Assembly (NCBI GenBank): GCA_025464755.1 | Contig: JAODMI010000115.1 | Coordinates: 1-51,659, forward strand | From: Homoserinimonas sp. | Lineage (GTDB): Bacteria > Actinomycetota > Actinomycetes > Actinomycetales > Microbacteriaceae | Length of the DNA stretch: 51,659 bases | Direction: 5' to 3' | Shown here: positions 41,004-50,383 of the stretch, piece after piece | How positions within the stretch are numbered: position 1 is the stretch's first letter | Layout of the letters: every line of letters begins with the position of its first letter | The notes under the pieces: generated by a model | The model's database searches: none | Seen by the model: only the letters and a program-made list of their open reading frames with translations | What the model was told of the DNA's origin: nothing | Translations under genes and position numbers: made by a program

Positions 41004-41082
41004 TAAAATTCAGGTATATGCAGTCCCGGTGCTGCACAGTCGCCGCTTATGTCGCGGAGCTGGGCGCACTTCCTGAATTTCC
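41004..41082. repeat. copy F of the inverted 13-mer element (arms 41004-41016 and 41070-41082; 53-nt interior)
   Basis: TAAAATTCAGGTA (1 core mismatch) ... TTCCTGAATTTCC. It lies between convergent dgt and the aldehyde dehydrogenase gene. Confidence 0.75.
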
Positions 41083-41145
41083 ACGTTTTCGATGAATGGG
41101 ATGACCCGGTCGGACGCGTTTGCTACGTCCGACCGGGTCACTTGG

Positions 41146-42609
41146 TTAGAACGGGTAGCGCTGTATCTCGCCTTGGGCGGTGACCCATTGGGTTTCGGTG
41201 AAGGCGTCGATGTTGGCCTCGTGGCCGCCGAAGCGTGCCCCAGTCCCGGATGCGCCCACGCCACCGAACGGCGCGACCGATTCGTCGTCCACTGTCTGGT
41301 CATTGATATGGACGATACCGCTTGGGATGCGGTCGGCTATGGCCAGCCCCCGCATGACGTCTTTGGTGAGGATGGCCAGCGACAGTCCGTATTCGCTCTG
41401 GTTGACGATGTCGATGACGTCGTCGATGTTCGAGAACGACATCACGGGCGCGACCGGTCCGAAAATCTCGTTCTTGAATGCGGGATGGTCGGGGGTTGAG
41501 TCGGCCAGAACGGTGGGGCGGTAGAACAAGTTCTCGTATGTGCCACCTGCGGCCAGCCGCGCCCCGGCGTCTACCGATGAGGTGACTAGGGTGTGAACTT
41601 TGCCTAGCTGGCCAGCGTCGATGATTGGGCCGAGTGGCGCGCCGGTGGAGGGGTCGCCGACGGCGAGAGCGTCAGCCTTGGCTGACAGCGTCTCGACGTA
41701 CTGGTCGTAGACACGTTCGTGCACTAGGTGTCGCCCGGTGGTCATGCAGATTTGTCCTTGGTGAAGGAAGGAGCCCCAGGCACCGGCGGATGCGGCAGCC
41801 GTAACATCCACGTCGTCAAGTACCAGCATGGCGTTGTTGCCGCCAAGCTCCAGATGGGCCCGCTTGAGTTGGCGTCCTGCAGCCTCACCGATGATGCGAC
41901 CGGCGCCGGTGGATCCGGTGAAGGAGATTACCCGGATCGATGGTTCATCGACGACAGCTTTTCCAGCATCCGCACCGCCGGGCAGAACATGGAATAGGCC
42001 TTCAGGTAGACCCGCCTCCCGTAGGATCGCGGCGATGAACAGGCCACCGGATATGGCGGTTCGCGGGTCTGGTTTCAGAATCACGGCATTGCCGAGCGCG
42101 AGGGCCGGTGCGATGGATCGGCTGGCCAGAATCTGGGGAAAGTTGAATGGTGAGATGACACCGACTGTTCCCACAGGCAGGCGGCGGGCGAAGCTTAGGC
42201 GGGGTTTTGCCGAGCGCAGAAGTTGGCCGTATGGCGCCATGGCGGTTCCGGCGGCGAGATGATATTCACCTGAGACTAGGTGGGATTCGAAGGCGGCCTT
42301 GCCATGGCCGGCCCCACCTTCGCGTACAAGCCAGTCGGCGAGCACCTCGGCGTGCTGTTCGATGAGGGCTCCGGCGCGGCGCATGACGGCGGCACGCTCC
42401 TCAAACGATGCGGCGGCCCAGGAAGTTTGTGCCGTACGCGCAACTGCGGCGGCAGCATGAACATCTTCGGGCGTGGCTACTGCGAAGGTCGCTATTTCTT
42501 CGCCTGTTGCAGGGTTCACTGCAGCTTGGGTGCCGCCACCGCCGGTGGTCCATCCGTTGCTGTAGAACCGACCGTCCCATTCCTGCGGATCAAAAAATGT
42601 CACGTTCAC
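41146..42609 (-). CDS. NAD(P)-dependent aldehyde dehydrogenase (benzaldehyde/vanillin-dehydrogenase-like)
   Basis: 487 aa with LELGGNNA and the catalytic Cys region GQICMTTGRHLV. Confidence 0.9.
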   Translation of the reverse strand: MNVTFFDPQEWDGRFYSNGWTTGGGGTQAAVNPATGEEIATFAVATPEDVHAAAAVARTAQTSWAAASFEERAAVMRRAGALIEQHAEVLADWLVREGGAGHGKAAFESHLVSGEYHLAAGTAMAPYGQLLRSAKPRLSFARRLPVGTVGVISPFNFPQILASRSIAPALALGNAVILKPDPRTAISGGLFIAAILREAGLPEGLFHVLPGGADAGKAVVDEPSIRVISFTGSTGAGRIIGEAAGRQLKRAHLELGGNNAMLVLDDVDVTAAASAGAWGSFLHQGQICMTTGRHLVHERVYDQYVETLSAKADALAVGDPSTGAPLGPIIDAGQLGKVHTLVTSSVDAGARLAAGGTYENLFYRPTVLADSTPDHPAFKNEIFGPVAPVMSFSNIDDVIDIVNQSEYGLSLAILTKDVMRGLAIADRIPSGIVHINDQTVDDESVAPFGGVGASGTGARFGGHEANIDAFTETQWVTAQGEIQRYPF

Positions 42610-42697
42610 TCCCTAGTGTTTGATGCAACTGGCGTTTGGGCGTGAACAAGGGGGGCGCTGATGGACCAACGCCCCGCTCGCTCGCGTTACGAAAAGG

Positions 42698-43681
42698 CTA
42701 CGGGAGTATTTTGTCGAGGTCGGGCGCTTCTTTGAGGGTGCCGAATTTGACAGCGGCCTCGCCGAGCAGGGCTGCAGCGTCGCGGTCGAAATCGGTGCGG
42801 AAGCGGGGCAGGGTGATTGTCTCAAGGACCTCTGGGGTCATCTTGGTGTAGGTGCCGACGATTCTGCGGACCTCGTCCGGGTTTTCTCCTGCGTACTCCA
42901 ATGAGCGGTTCATCGCTTCTTGGAAGCGTGAGACCAGGTTTTCGTCCGTGTCGATTCGCTCACCGGAGGTGAAGTATCCGGCGATATCGAGTTCGGGGTC
43001 GAAGTCTTGGAAGTTGTATGAGATGACTTCTGCACCGCTGGCGACGGCGGAGGTGAGGAACGGGTCCAAAATCCAGGCAGCATCGACTTGGCCGCTCTCA
43101 AGTGCCGCGGGAGCGTCAGGAAAAGCGACCTCCACGAACTGGATAGTGGAAGCATCCCCGCCGTCTTCTTCGACAATGTAGCGGATGGTTGTGTCACCGA
43201 TGTTGGCTAGGTTGTTGACAGAGACGCGCTTTCCGGCCAAGTCGGCCGGTGATGTGATATCTGAGCCGGCTGGGACAACGACTGCCCCGAAGTCTTTGTC
43301 AGGGTTGTCGGATGTTGTGGTGCCGTTGGAGACAAATCGAAGGTCCAGCCCTTGGTCGGCCGCAACATAGACGGAGATGAAGTTGCCGAATGCGAAGTCG
43401 AAGTCGCCACTGACGACACCGGGTACTGCGGCAGCGCCTCCGGTCGTGGTTTCTATGGTGAGGTCTATCCCCACTTCGTCGAAGAAGCCTTGGTCTTCAC
43501 CAAGCCAAATGGCAGCGGTGTCCACAATGGGGATCACGCCAACGGTCACCGGTGTGATCTCGTTCTCGTTGCCTGTGTCGCTTCCAGCATTGGGAGTGTC
43601 GGCGGTGTCGCCGGCGCATCCTGTCACGGCGAGGGACGCGATTGCTAGCATTCCAATTACCATGGACTTTTTCATCGTCAC
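42698..43681 (-). CDS. ABC-transporter substrate-binding lipoprotein, NMT1/THI5-like (SsuA/TauA-type) family
   Basis: Lipobox LAVTGC after a signal peptide. Periplasmic-binding fold type-2 pattern (VTVGVIPIVDTAAIWLGEDQGFF...). No permease or ATPase gene lies adjacent. Confidence 0.8.
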   Translation of the reverse strand: MTMKKSMVIGMLAIASLAVTGCAGDTADTPNAGSDTGNENEITPVTVGVIPIVDTAAIWLGEDQGFFDEVGIDLTIETTTGGAAAVPGVVSGDFDFAFGNFISVYVAADQGLDLRFVSNGTTTSDNPDKDFGAVVVPAGSDITSPADLAGKRVSVNNLANIGDTTIRYIVEEDGGDASTIQFVEVAFPDAPAALESGQVDAAWILDPFLTSAVASGAEVISYNFQDFDPELDIAGYFTSGERIDTDENLVSRFQEAMNRSLEYAGENPDEVRRIVGTYTKMTPEVLETITLPRFRTDFDRDAAALLGEAAVKFGTLKEAPDLDKILP

Positions 43682-43931
43682 TCCTTTGTGATTGCGCCAC
43701 CGGCGCGAGGTCCCGGATCGGGTTCCGAGCTAGCGTTCGCTGTACGAACGACCGTTCTACCAAGAAAGCTATTCTGCGAAACGTCGATCGTCAAGGTTGT
43801 GGTGAGCCCCCGCTTCGGCTAGCGGTAATCACTTGAGTTGACTATTGTGGCGGCTCGCCTGGGTGGGACAGCTTATGCCCAGATCATTCCGGTCAGTTTT
43901 GGAGCTCGTTGTCGCGCCTTAGACTGGCGAG

Positions 43932-45890
43932 ATGGCTGGCCTCATTCGACGTAACGATATCGATGAGGTGCGGGCCAGGGTGAATATCGCAGACATCATC
44001 GGTGACTATGTCACGCTGAAAGGTGCTGGCGTGGGCTCCCTTAAAGGGTTGTGCCCTTTCCATGATGAGCGCAGTCCGAGCTTTCACGTGCGTTCACAGG
44101 TGGGTAGGTACCACTGCTTCGGTTGCGGCGAAGACGGTGACGTTTTCGCTTTCCTCCAGCGCATGGACCACGTTTCGTTCACGGAAGCGGTCGAGCGGAT
44201 GGCAGCACGTGCTGGGCTGGAACTCCACTATGAAGATGGTGGTCAAGCCAACAGTGACCACGGAAACCGCGCGCGGATCCTCGCCGCCAACAAAGCTGCC
44301 GGAGACTATTTCACTGCGCAATTGATCACACCTGACGCCGAGCCGGCCCGGCAGTTTTTGGGTGAGAGAGGATTCGACCCCTCTGCGGCTGAACGTTTCG
44401 GGGTCGGCTATGCGCCGAAAAGTTATGACGCTCTTAGCAAGCACCTGAAAACGCTGGGGTTCACAGAGCCGGAGCTGATCTCTTCTGGCCTAGTCGGCGA
44501 AGGTGATCGCGGAATCTATGACCGGTTCCGCGGCAGACTGGTGTGGCCCATCCGTGACGTGACGGGGCAGACTCTCGGTTTCGGCGCCCGGAGATTGCTC
44601 GACGACGATAAGGGCCCCAAATATCTGAACACCCCGGAGACACCGGTTTATCACAAGTCGCAAGTTCTTTACGGGCTCGATTTGGCTAAACGTGACATTG
44701 CGCGTGGCAAACAGGTTGTCGTCGTCGAAGGATACACCGACGTCATGGCCTGTCATCTGGCGGGGGTGACGACAGCTGTGGCGACGTGCGGCACAGCGTT
44801 CGGCGTCGAGCACATCAAGGTCGTGCGCCGGGTGCTGGGCGACGTTGATAATGCGGATGCCACCGGTCTGGGTGAGGTTGTCTTTACCTTCGATCCCGAT
44901 GAAGCTGGCCAAAAGGCGGCCAGTCGCGCGTTTGGTGAGGAGCAACGTTTTGCGGCTCAGACCTTCGTTGCGGTAGCGCCGGAAGGTCTTGACCCGTGCG
45001 ACTTGCGACTGAAGCGCGGTGACGACGCCGTGCGCCGCCTCGTGCAGAACAAAAAACCGATGTTTGAGTTCATGGTGCGGCGGGTGCTCACCGGGCACAA
45101 CCTTGACACTGTCGAGGGCCGGGTTGCAGCGTTGAGAGCTTCGGCCCCGGTCGTAGCAGGCATCCGCGACCAGGCTTTGAGTATTGGTTATGTGCGCAAC
45201 TTGGCCGGCTGGCTCGGCATGGACATCGCTGAGGTGGGACGGGCAGTTAGCGCCGCGAAGAAGCGCAGCGCCGTTGAGGGTGCGCCTGTCACCGACGAAG
45301 GCGGGCGCTCTCGTTCGGCGAGACCAGATCTTGACAGACATGATCAGCGGGGGGAGCCCGATCAGCGGTCAGCACCGGATGAAAACGGGAAACTCAACCA
45401 GCGGCGGGAGCAGGGACCGTCCTTAACGCTGTTGCCTTCTGACCCAGCGACACGACTTGAACGTGATGCCGTCATGGCGATGCTCCAACTGCCGAGTGAA
45501 GTGGGCCGAGACCTCGCCTTGCGCGCCAGCCAGGCCAGTTTCACCAACGCATCGCTCGCTGTGGTGCGAGACGGCATTGCGGCCAGTTTCGATGATTTTG
45601 ATTCCCCACAGTGGCTTGACCGCGTGATTGCAGCGGTGCCTGAACCATTCGCCATGCTGGTAAAGGAACTCGGGGTGGCACCGATTCCAGAGCGGGGCGG
45701 CCGGGAACTTGCAGGCTACTGCCACGGCATCACCATCTCCCTCATCGACAGGGACTTGCTGCGCAAAAAGGCGGAACTCCTGGGTCGTCTGCAACGAACT
45801 GATGCGTCCGCGGAGCGTGAAAAGTATTTAGAGATTCAGCGGGGACTGGTACGGCTCGAGGCGGACCGGCGTGCTCTTACTGAAGATTGA
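43932..45890 (+). CDS. dnaG: DNA primase
   Basis: Zinc ribbon CPFHDERSPSFHV...CFGCG, TOPRIM VVVVEGYTDVM and a C-terminal helicase-interaction domain. 652 aa. Confidence 0.95.
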   Translation: MAGLIRRNDIDEVRARVNIADIIGDYVTLKGAGVGSLKGLCPFHDERSPSFHVRSQVGRYHCFGCGEDGDVFAFLQRMDHVSFTEAVERMAARAGLELHYEDGGQANSDHGNRARILAANKAAGDYFTAQLITPDAEPARQFLGERGFDPSAAERFGVGYAPKSYDALSKHLKTLGFTEPELISSGLVGEGDRGIYDRFRGRLVWPIRDVTGQTLGFGARRLLDDDKGPKYLNTPETPVYHKSQVLYGLDLAKRDIARGKQVVVVEGYTDVMACHLAGVTTAVATCGTAFGVEHIKVVRRVLGDVDNADATGLGEVVFTFDPDEAGQKAASRAFGEEQRFAAQTFVAVAPEGLDPCDLRLKRGDDAVRRLVQNKKPMFEFMVRRVLTGHNLDTVEGRVAALRASAPVVAGIRDQALSIGYVRNLAGWLGMDIAEVGRAVSAAKKRSAVEGAPVTDEGGRSRSARPDLDRHDQRGEPDQRSAPDENGKLNQRREQGPSLTLLPSDPATRLERDAVMAMLQLPSEVGRDLALRASQASFTNASLAVVRDGIAASFDDFDSPQWLDRVIAAVPEPFAMLVKELGVAPIPERGGRELAGYCHGITISLIDRDLLRKKAELLGRLQRTDASAEREKYLEIQRGLVRLEADRRALTED

Positions 45891-46075
45891 GCTTTCCGCT
45901 CTGCGGCAATCCCATTGCAGCTCACTCAACACTGCGCTTCGCTTCCCACTCGAATCCAAGGTGCTGGTTGCATGTGTGTTACCTATGAGTCTTACGCTAT
46001 GAGGCCCGCCCTTCGCATATTGTTCTGCCGTGGAGCCGTATCGGTGCGCACACCACAGAAGAGAGGTAGACGGAT

Positions 46076-46963
46076 ATGACATCCTCATCCACTGCTGGAC
46101 TGACGGCCGGTGCCCGACTCGATCGAACAGGAGTCCCGTCGGGCATTGTGCCGGTGGTTTCGGCGCACGACCTGTCGGTCCACTACCGCACCCGGGACGC
46201 AGCGTCGTATGTGAAGGCTATCGACGGCGCCACCTTCGATATTGCGCCGGGTGAGGTGCTCGGGGTGATTGGCGAGTCCGGGTCGGGAAAGTCCACGCTG
46301 GCACTCGCTGTCGCCGGGCGCAGCGGCCGCGGACTCAGCGACGATGGGATCCCCGAAATCTGCGGTGGGTCAATCTACGTTCACGGAATTGCGGTGCGCG
46401 GAATTGCTGGCCACGCCCGTGATCAGTTGACGCTGCGGACCGGATATCTCGCCCAAGACGGCGCAGTACGGCTGAACCCTAGACTCACCGTCGCCGAGAA
46501 TGTCGCGGAACCCATCTTTCAACGGGATCGCCGTTTCAATCCCCAAGAAGCTGCGCAGGCTGTCGCCTCAATGGTGGATTCGGTGCACCTGTCCTTGGGC
46601 ACCATGAACCGGTTGCCGCACGAACTAAGTAGCGGACAACGTCAGCGTGTGGCCTTGGCGAGGGCGCTGATCCTGGAACCCAGCCTGCTTGTAGCGGATG
46701 AGCCGACACGGGGGGTGGACGCCACTGTGCGGGCCGGCGTGACGGACGTGATCCGCCACCTGCAAACTGAGCGCGGATTCTCGGCCCTTGTCGTGAGCAG
46801 TGACATCGACGTTGTTTCTCGCCTCGCCGATCGCGTTGCCGTGCTGGACCGCGGCATCATCGTGGGTCTCGGGTCGCTCGATTCCTTACTGGCCGAGCCG
46901 TCGCATCCGTATCTTGAGGCGATCGCCGTGGCCAGGAAAGTTCACGCTAGCAAGGCCCGCTAA
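46076..46963 (+). CDS. ABC transporter ATP-binding protein (Dpp/Opp-type ATPase-like), no cognate permease nearby
   Basis: Walker A GESGSGKST, signature LSSGQRQR, Walker B LLVADEPT. Confidence 0.85.
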   Translation: MTSSSTAGLTAGARLDRTGVPSGIVPVVSAHDLSVHYRTRDAASYVKAIDGATFDIAPGEVLGVIGESGSGKSTLALAVAGRSGRGLSDDGIPEICGGSIYVHGIAVRGIAGHARDQLTLRTGYLAQDGAVRLNPRLTVAENVAEPIFQRDRRFNPQEAAQAVASMVDSVHLSLGTMNRLPHELSSGQRQRVALARALILEPSLLVADEPTRGVDATVRAGVTDVIRHLQTERGFSALVVSSDIDVVSRLADRVAVLDRGIIVGLGSLDSLLAEPSHPYLEAIAVARKVHASKAR

Positions 46964-46974
46964 GGGGAGTGCCC

Positions 46975-47997
46975 GTGTCCACAAGCAAGCCACAGCAGCC
47001 GGGCACCGCCCGGCAGGCGCCCGGACCGTTGCAAACCGGCACTGAGCGTGATGCTCGGGGCGTTCCGACACCGGGGCCGATTGCCGTGCTGCCTGAGTCT
47101 TCTGAGGCCCTCACTGATGTCGTCCGCATGGCCGGGGGAACAGTGGAGCAGCTTTCTGCAGAAACGCGCGGAATCATGTGGGTTTCAGCAAACCGTGCCG
47201 ATGAACTTGCCGACATCCTTGAGGCTTATCCCGGCGTGGAGTGGGTGCAACTTCCGTGGGCCGGTGTTGATGCGTTCTCGGAGCTGTTCGCCTCCTACGC
47301 CAGCATGGACCGGCCCCTGTGGACGAGCGCTAAGGGTTCCTACGCCCAGCCTGTCGCCGAACATGCGCTCACCCTCATGCTGGCTCTCCTGCGCGTACTT
47401 CCGTACCGGATTCGCGCCACCACCTGGTCCAACGTAAAGGCAGGCAGGTCGCTGTACGGGCGGCACGTCGTGATCGTGGGGGCCGGGGGTATCGCGGTCG
47501 AACTGGCACGGTTGTTGCAGCCATTTGGCGTCAGGCTGACGGTGGTGCGCCGTCGCGAGGAAGATTTCGCGGGTGCTGACCGCACCGTGACCGTCGATCG
47601 TCTCCATGAAGTTTTGCCGGATGCAGACGTTCTCGTGATTGCAGCGGCTCTCACCGCGGCGACCAGAAGTCTTATCGGTACTGAAGAGCTCCGGCTCCTG
47701 CCGGCAACCGCCGTGCTCATCAATATTGCGCGGGGAGGGCTGATCGACACGGACGCTCTGGTCGACGCTGTCCGTGATGGCCACATCGCGGGGGCAGGGC
47801 TCGACGTGACGGATCCGGAGCCGCTACCGGACGGGCATCCGTTGTGGGCTGAAGGTCGCGTCATCATTACCCCACACAGTGCTGATACACCGGAGATGAC
47901 AGCCCCGTTGTTGGCTGAACGTTTGGGCGCTAATGTGAGTGCGTTCCTGGGGCGGGGAGACTTCATCGGAGTGGTGGATACCGAGGCGGGCTATTGA
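46975..47997 (+). CDS. D-isomer-specific 2-hydroxyacid dehydrogenase family, NAD-binding
   Basis: VVIVGAGGIAVELARLL Rossmann motif, INIARGGLID, and catalytic His region ITPHSA. GTG 46975 lies 5 nt after GGGGAG (ORF-track start is 46969). Confidence 0.8.
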   Translation: MSTSKPQQPGTARQAPGPLQTGTERDARGVPTPGPIAVLPESSEALTDVVRMAGGTVEQLSAETRGIMWVSANRADELADILEAYPGVEWVQLPWAGVDAFSELFASYASMDRPLWTSAKGSYAQPVAEHALTLMLALLRVLPYRIRATTWSNVKAGRSLYGRHVVIVGAGGIAVELARLLQPFGVRLTVVRRREEDFAGADRTVTVDRLHEVLPDADVLVIAAALTAATRSLIGTEELRLLPATAVLINIARGGLIDTDALVDAVRDGHIAGAGLDVTDPEPLPDGHPLWAEGRVIITPHSADTPEMTAPLLAERLGANVSAFLGRGDFIGVVDTEAGY

Positions 47998-48971
47998 GTT
48001 TCGAGTTTTTTTGGTGTGGAGGTTATACCGAGACGATGGATGGCATCGCCGCGGGTATCGGCATGCTGCAGGTGCAGCCGAATGGCGGCGCTGTTAATTA
48101 TGCGGGCCCGGTCGCGGAAACTTCTTCTCCTTCGTTCCTCGCGCAGCGAGGGGATGTGCTTTATGCGGCGGATGAGGGCAATGGTGCCGTTAATGCATTC
48201 CGTGTAGCCGGCGACACTCTTATTCCGCTCGGCGGGCAACCGACCAGCGGCGCGCACCCCTGCCATCTGACGGTGACAGACGAGTGGATATTTGCATCCA
48301 ATTACGGATCCGGCTCGGTTGACGTCTTCGGGGTCGCGCCGACCGGTGCGCTGCTGCCCGTCAGTCACACCTTTCAGGGCAGTGGCTCCGGGCCTCGAGA
48401 CGAGCAGGAAGGCCCGCACGCTCACTCGACCCTGGCGGTAGGCAAGACCATTTTCAGCACTGATTTGGGCGCAGACCGGGTTCACCTCCACTCTTTCAGG
48501 GACGGTGAGTTCCAGGCGACAGGCTCGATTGCCTTCCCTCCGGGAACGGGACCTCGAGATCTGACGATGGTTGGCCATCGTGTGCTGGTTCTCGGAGAGT
48601 TCTCACAGAGCATTTTCGACATTACGGATGGGACCGCAGGTGAAAGTTTCCCTGTGGTGAGGCGGTCGGCTCACGGTGACCAGTCCGCTGCACTGGTTGC
48701 GGATGTGCGAAACAGGTTTTTGTACACGGCTCTGCGCGGCTCCAACCGCATCGCTGTCCTTGATGCGGCCACGTTGGAGCCCATTTTTGACCTCGCTTGT
48801 GGAGGTGACTGGCCCCGCCATTTAGCGTTCGGCTCACACCTGCTGTATTCGGCCAATCAACGCTCAAACGATGTTGCAAGCTTCACTGTTGATGCATTAA
48901 CGGGAATATTGGCTCCGGTTGGGGCCCCTGAACCGGTGCCAACGCCAACCTGTTTGCTCGCCGCGCGGTGA
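47994..48971 (+). CDS. lactonase-family beta-propeller protein (6-phosphogluconolactonase/3-carboxymuconate-cyclase-like)
   Basis: 325 aa. Repeated beta-propeller blades with HPCHL.. / GPRD.. / NRIAVLD patterns, typical of the Lactonase (YbhE-like) family. TTG start overlaps the upstream stop. Confidence 0.7.
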   Translation: MSFEFFWCGGYTETMDGIAAGIGMLQVQPNGGAVNYAGPVAETSSPSFLAQRGDVLYAADEGNGAVNAFRVAGDTLIPLGGQPTSGAHPCHLTVTDEWIFASNYGSGSVDVFGVAPTGALLPVSHTFQGSGSGPRDEQEGPHAHSTLAVGKTIFSTDLGADRVHLHSFRDGEFQATGSIAFPPGTGPRDLTMVGHRVLVLGEFSQSIFDITDGTAGESFPVVRRSAHGDQSAALVADVRNRFLYTALRGSNRIAVLDAATLEPIFDLACGGDWPRHLAFGSHLLYSANQRSNDVASFTVDALTGILAPVGAPEPVPTPTCLLAAR

Positions 48972-49024
48972 CTCGATTTTGTCCAGAGCGAATCCTTGGT
49001 AAAGTAAGCAAGCTGTTTCAGCAA

Positions 49025-49097
49025 TCCTCGATAGCTCAATTGGCAGAGCAGCCGGCTGTTAACCGGCAGGTTCTTGGTTCGAGTCCAAGTCGGGGAG
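49025..49097 (+). tRNA. tRNA-Asn (anticodon GTT)
   Basis: Hand-folded cloverleaf: acceptor TCCTCGA/TCGGGGA, D arm GCTC-AATTGGCA-GAGC, anticodon arm GCCGG-CTGTTAA-CCGGC, variable loop AGGTT, T arm CTTGG-TTCGAGT-CCAAG, discriminator G. 73 nt, CCA not encoded. Confidence 0.95.
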
Positions 49098-49258
49098 CTT
49101 GTCTCCCCAGCACGTAGTAGTTCGTATTTTGTAGGTGTTGTGCTGTTGTCCCCATGTTTCCGGTAGGAGTCTCACGTGGACCTCTGGCTCAAAAGTAGTT
49201 TCAGCGTCGTGTCAACGGATTTGTCCGTTGTACCGGCGCTGTTGCTTTTGGGTGACGC

Positions 49259-50020
49259 GTGAGGAATTCTGGGGTGCGCGCGGTCCGGTCCACAAATGAC
49301 ACCGCCGCTATCCGTCAAGGTGTCAGCGTCAGCCTTGCCGTATCTGCTTACGGGGTCTCGTTCGGTGCCCTTGCTGTCACAGCGGGCCTGGACATTTGGC
49401 AAGCGTGCGTGCTGAGCCTGTTGATGTTCTCGGGCGGGTCACAGTTCGCTTTGATCGGTGTCGTAGCATCGGGCGGCGTGGCGGCCGGCCCAGCCGCCAT
49501 AGCCAGCGCTGTGCTCTTAGGCAGCCGCAACAGCCTGTATGCGATGCGGATGGCACCCGTCCTCGGGGGCGGGTGGCTGCGTAGGGCTGCTGCCAGTCAT
49601 CTGACGATCGACGAGAGCACCGCCGTGGCGACGGCGCAGCCGACCCTCCGCAGCCAGAAGGTCGGTTTTTGGGTCACCGGTATTCTGATTTATGTCGGTT
49701 GGAACATCACCACGCTGGTTGGTGCCATAGTCGGGGACGCCCTCGGCGACGTTAGCCGGTTCGGTCTTGATGCTGCAGCTGCAGCAGCTTTCCTCGGTTT
49801 GCTTTGGCCGCGGCTGAGCCAGCTACAGCCGGTGGTGGTGGCTATTGCCGCAGCTTTTGTCGCGGCTTTGCTGACGCCCTGGGTTCCGGCGGGCATTCCG
49901 GTACTGGCGGCGGCGGCTGTCGCTCTGCTTGTCGGGTTGACCAACTGGTGGGGGATGAAGCCTGAAGAGGCTGCTGATGTGGACGTATCCGCGGCTGCCG
50001 CTGGGAAGGCGCAGTCGTGA
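49259..50020 (+). CDS. azlC: AzlC-family branched-chain amino acid exporter subunit
   Basis: 253 aa hydrophobic protein with an AzlC-like pattern (GVSFGALAVTAGL...LMFSGGSQFA), followed by an overlapping small AzlD-like gene. Confidence 0.82.
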   Translation: MRNSGVRAVRSTNDTAAIRQGVSVSLAVSAYGVSFGALAVTAGLDIWQACVLSLLMFSGGSQFALIGVVASGGVAAGPAAIASAVLLGSRNSLYAMRMAPVLGGGWLRRAAASHLTIDESTAVATAQPTLRSQKVGFWVTGILIYVGWNITTLVGAIVGDALGDVSRFGLDAAAAAAFLGLLWPRLSQLQPVVVAIAAAFVAALLTPWVPAGIPVLAAAAVALLVGLTNWWGMKPEEAADVDVSAAAAGKAQS

Positions 50021-50325
50021 ACCTTTGGGCAATTATCATTGTGGCATCACTGGGATGCTTGGCCCTCAAGGTGTCGGGCTACCTGGTGCCGACATCTTTT
50101 CTTGAGAAGCCGCGCCCATCTCGTATTGCCAACCTGCTCACGGTCGCTTTGCTGGCCGCGCTCGTGGCGACGCAGACTCTTGCTATTGGTGAGGCTGTGG
50201 TCATCGACGCGCGGGTTCCCGCGCTGCTGGTTGCGGCGGCGCTTTTCGCGCTGCGCGTTCCCTTTGTGCTCGTCATCGTTGCGGCAGCGGCGACTGCGGC
50301 TTTGTTACGGATGACCTTCGGTTAG
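50017..50325 (+). CDS. azlD: AzlD-domain branched-chain amino acid transport protein
   Basis: 102 aa, 3-4 TM. GTGA overlap with azlC, the typical azlCD pair. Confidence 0.78.
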   Translation: MNLWAIIIVASLGCLALKVSGYLVPTSFLEKPRPSRIANLLTVALLAALVATQTLAIGEAVVIDARVPALLVAAALFALRVPFVLVIVAAAATAALLRMTFG

Positions 50326-50383
50326 CAGCGAATCGCTGGTAACACCTGCACGCGCAGGCCCAGATATACCGGCGCACCCGATA

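Noticed and set aside
43698-43726. TPP-riboswitch-like fragment on the minus strand (GGAACCCGAUCCGGGACCUCGCGCCGGUG) upstream of the THI5/NMT1-like binding protein
   Set aside because: It resembles only the GAACCUGAUCCGGGUAAUGCCGGCG segment. I could not find the obligatory CUGAGA element or the GGGGUGC/ACCC pairing partners in the 250-nt leader. An Infernal scan would settle it.
43832-43838. HspR HAIR half-site CTTGAGT upstream of dnaG
   Set aside because: The second half (ACTCAAG) is absent at the required 7-nt spacing, and dnaG is not a heat-shock gene.
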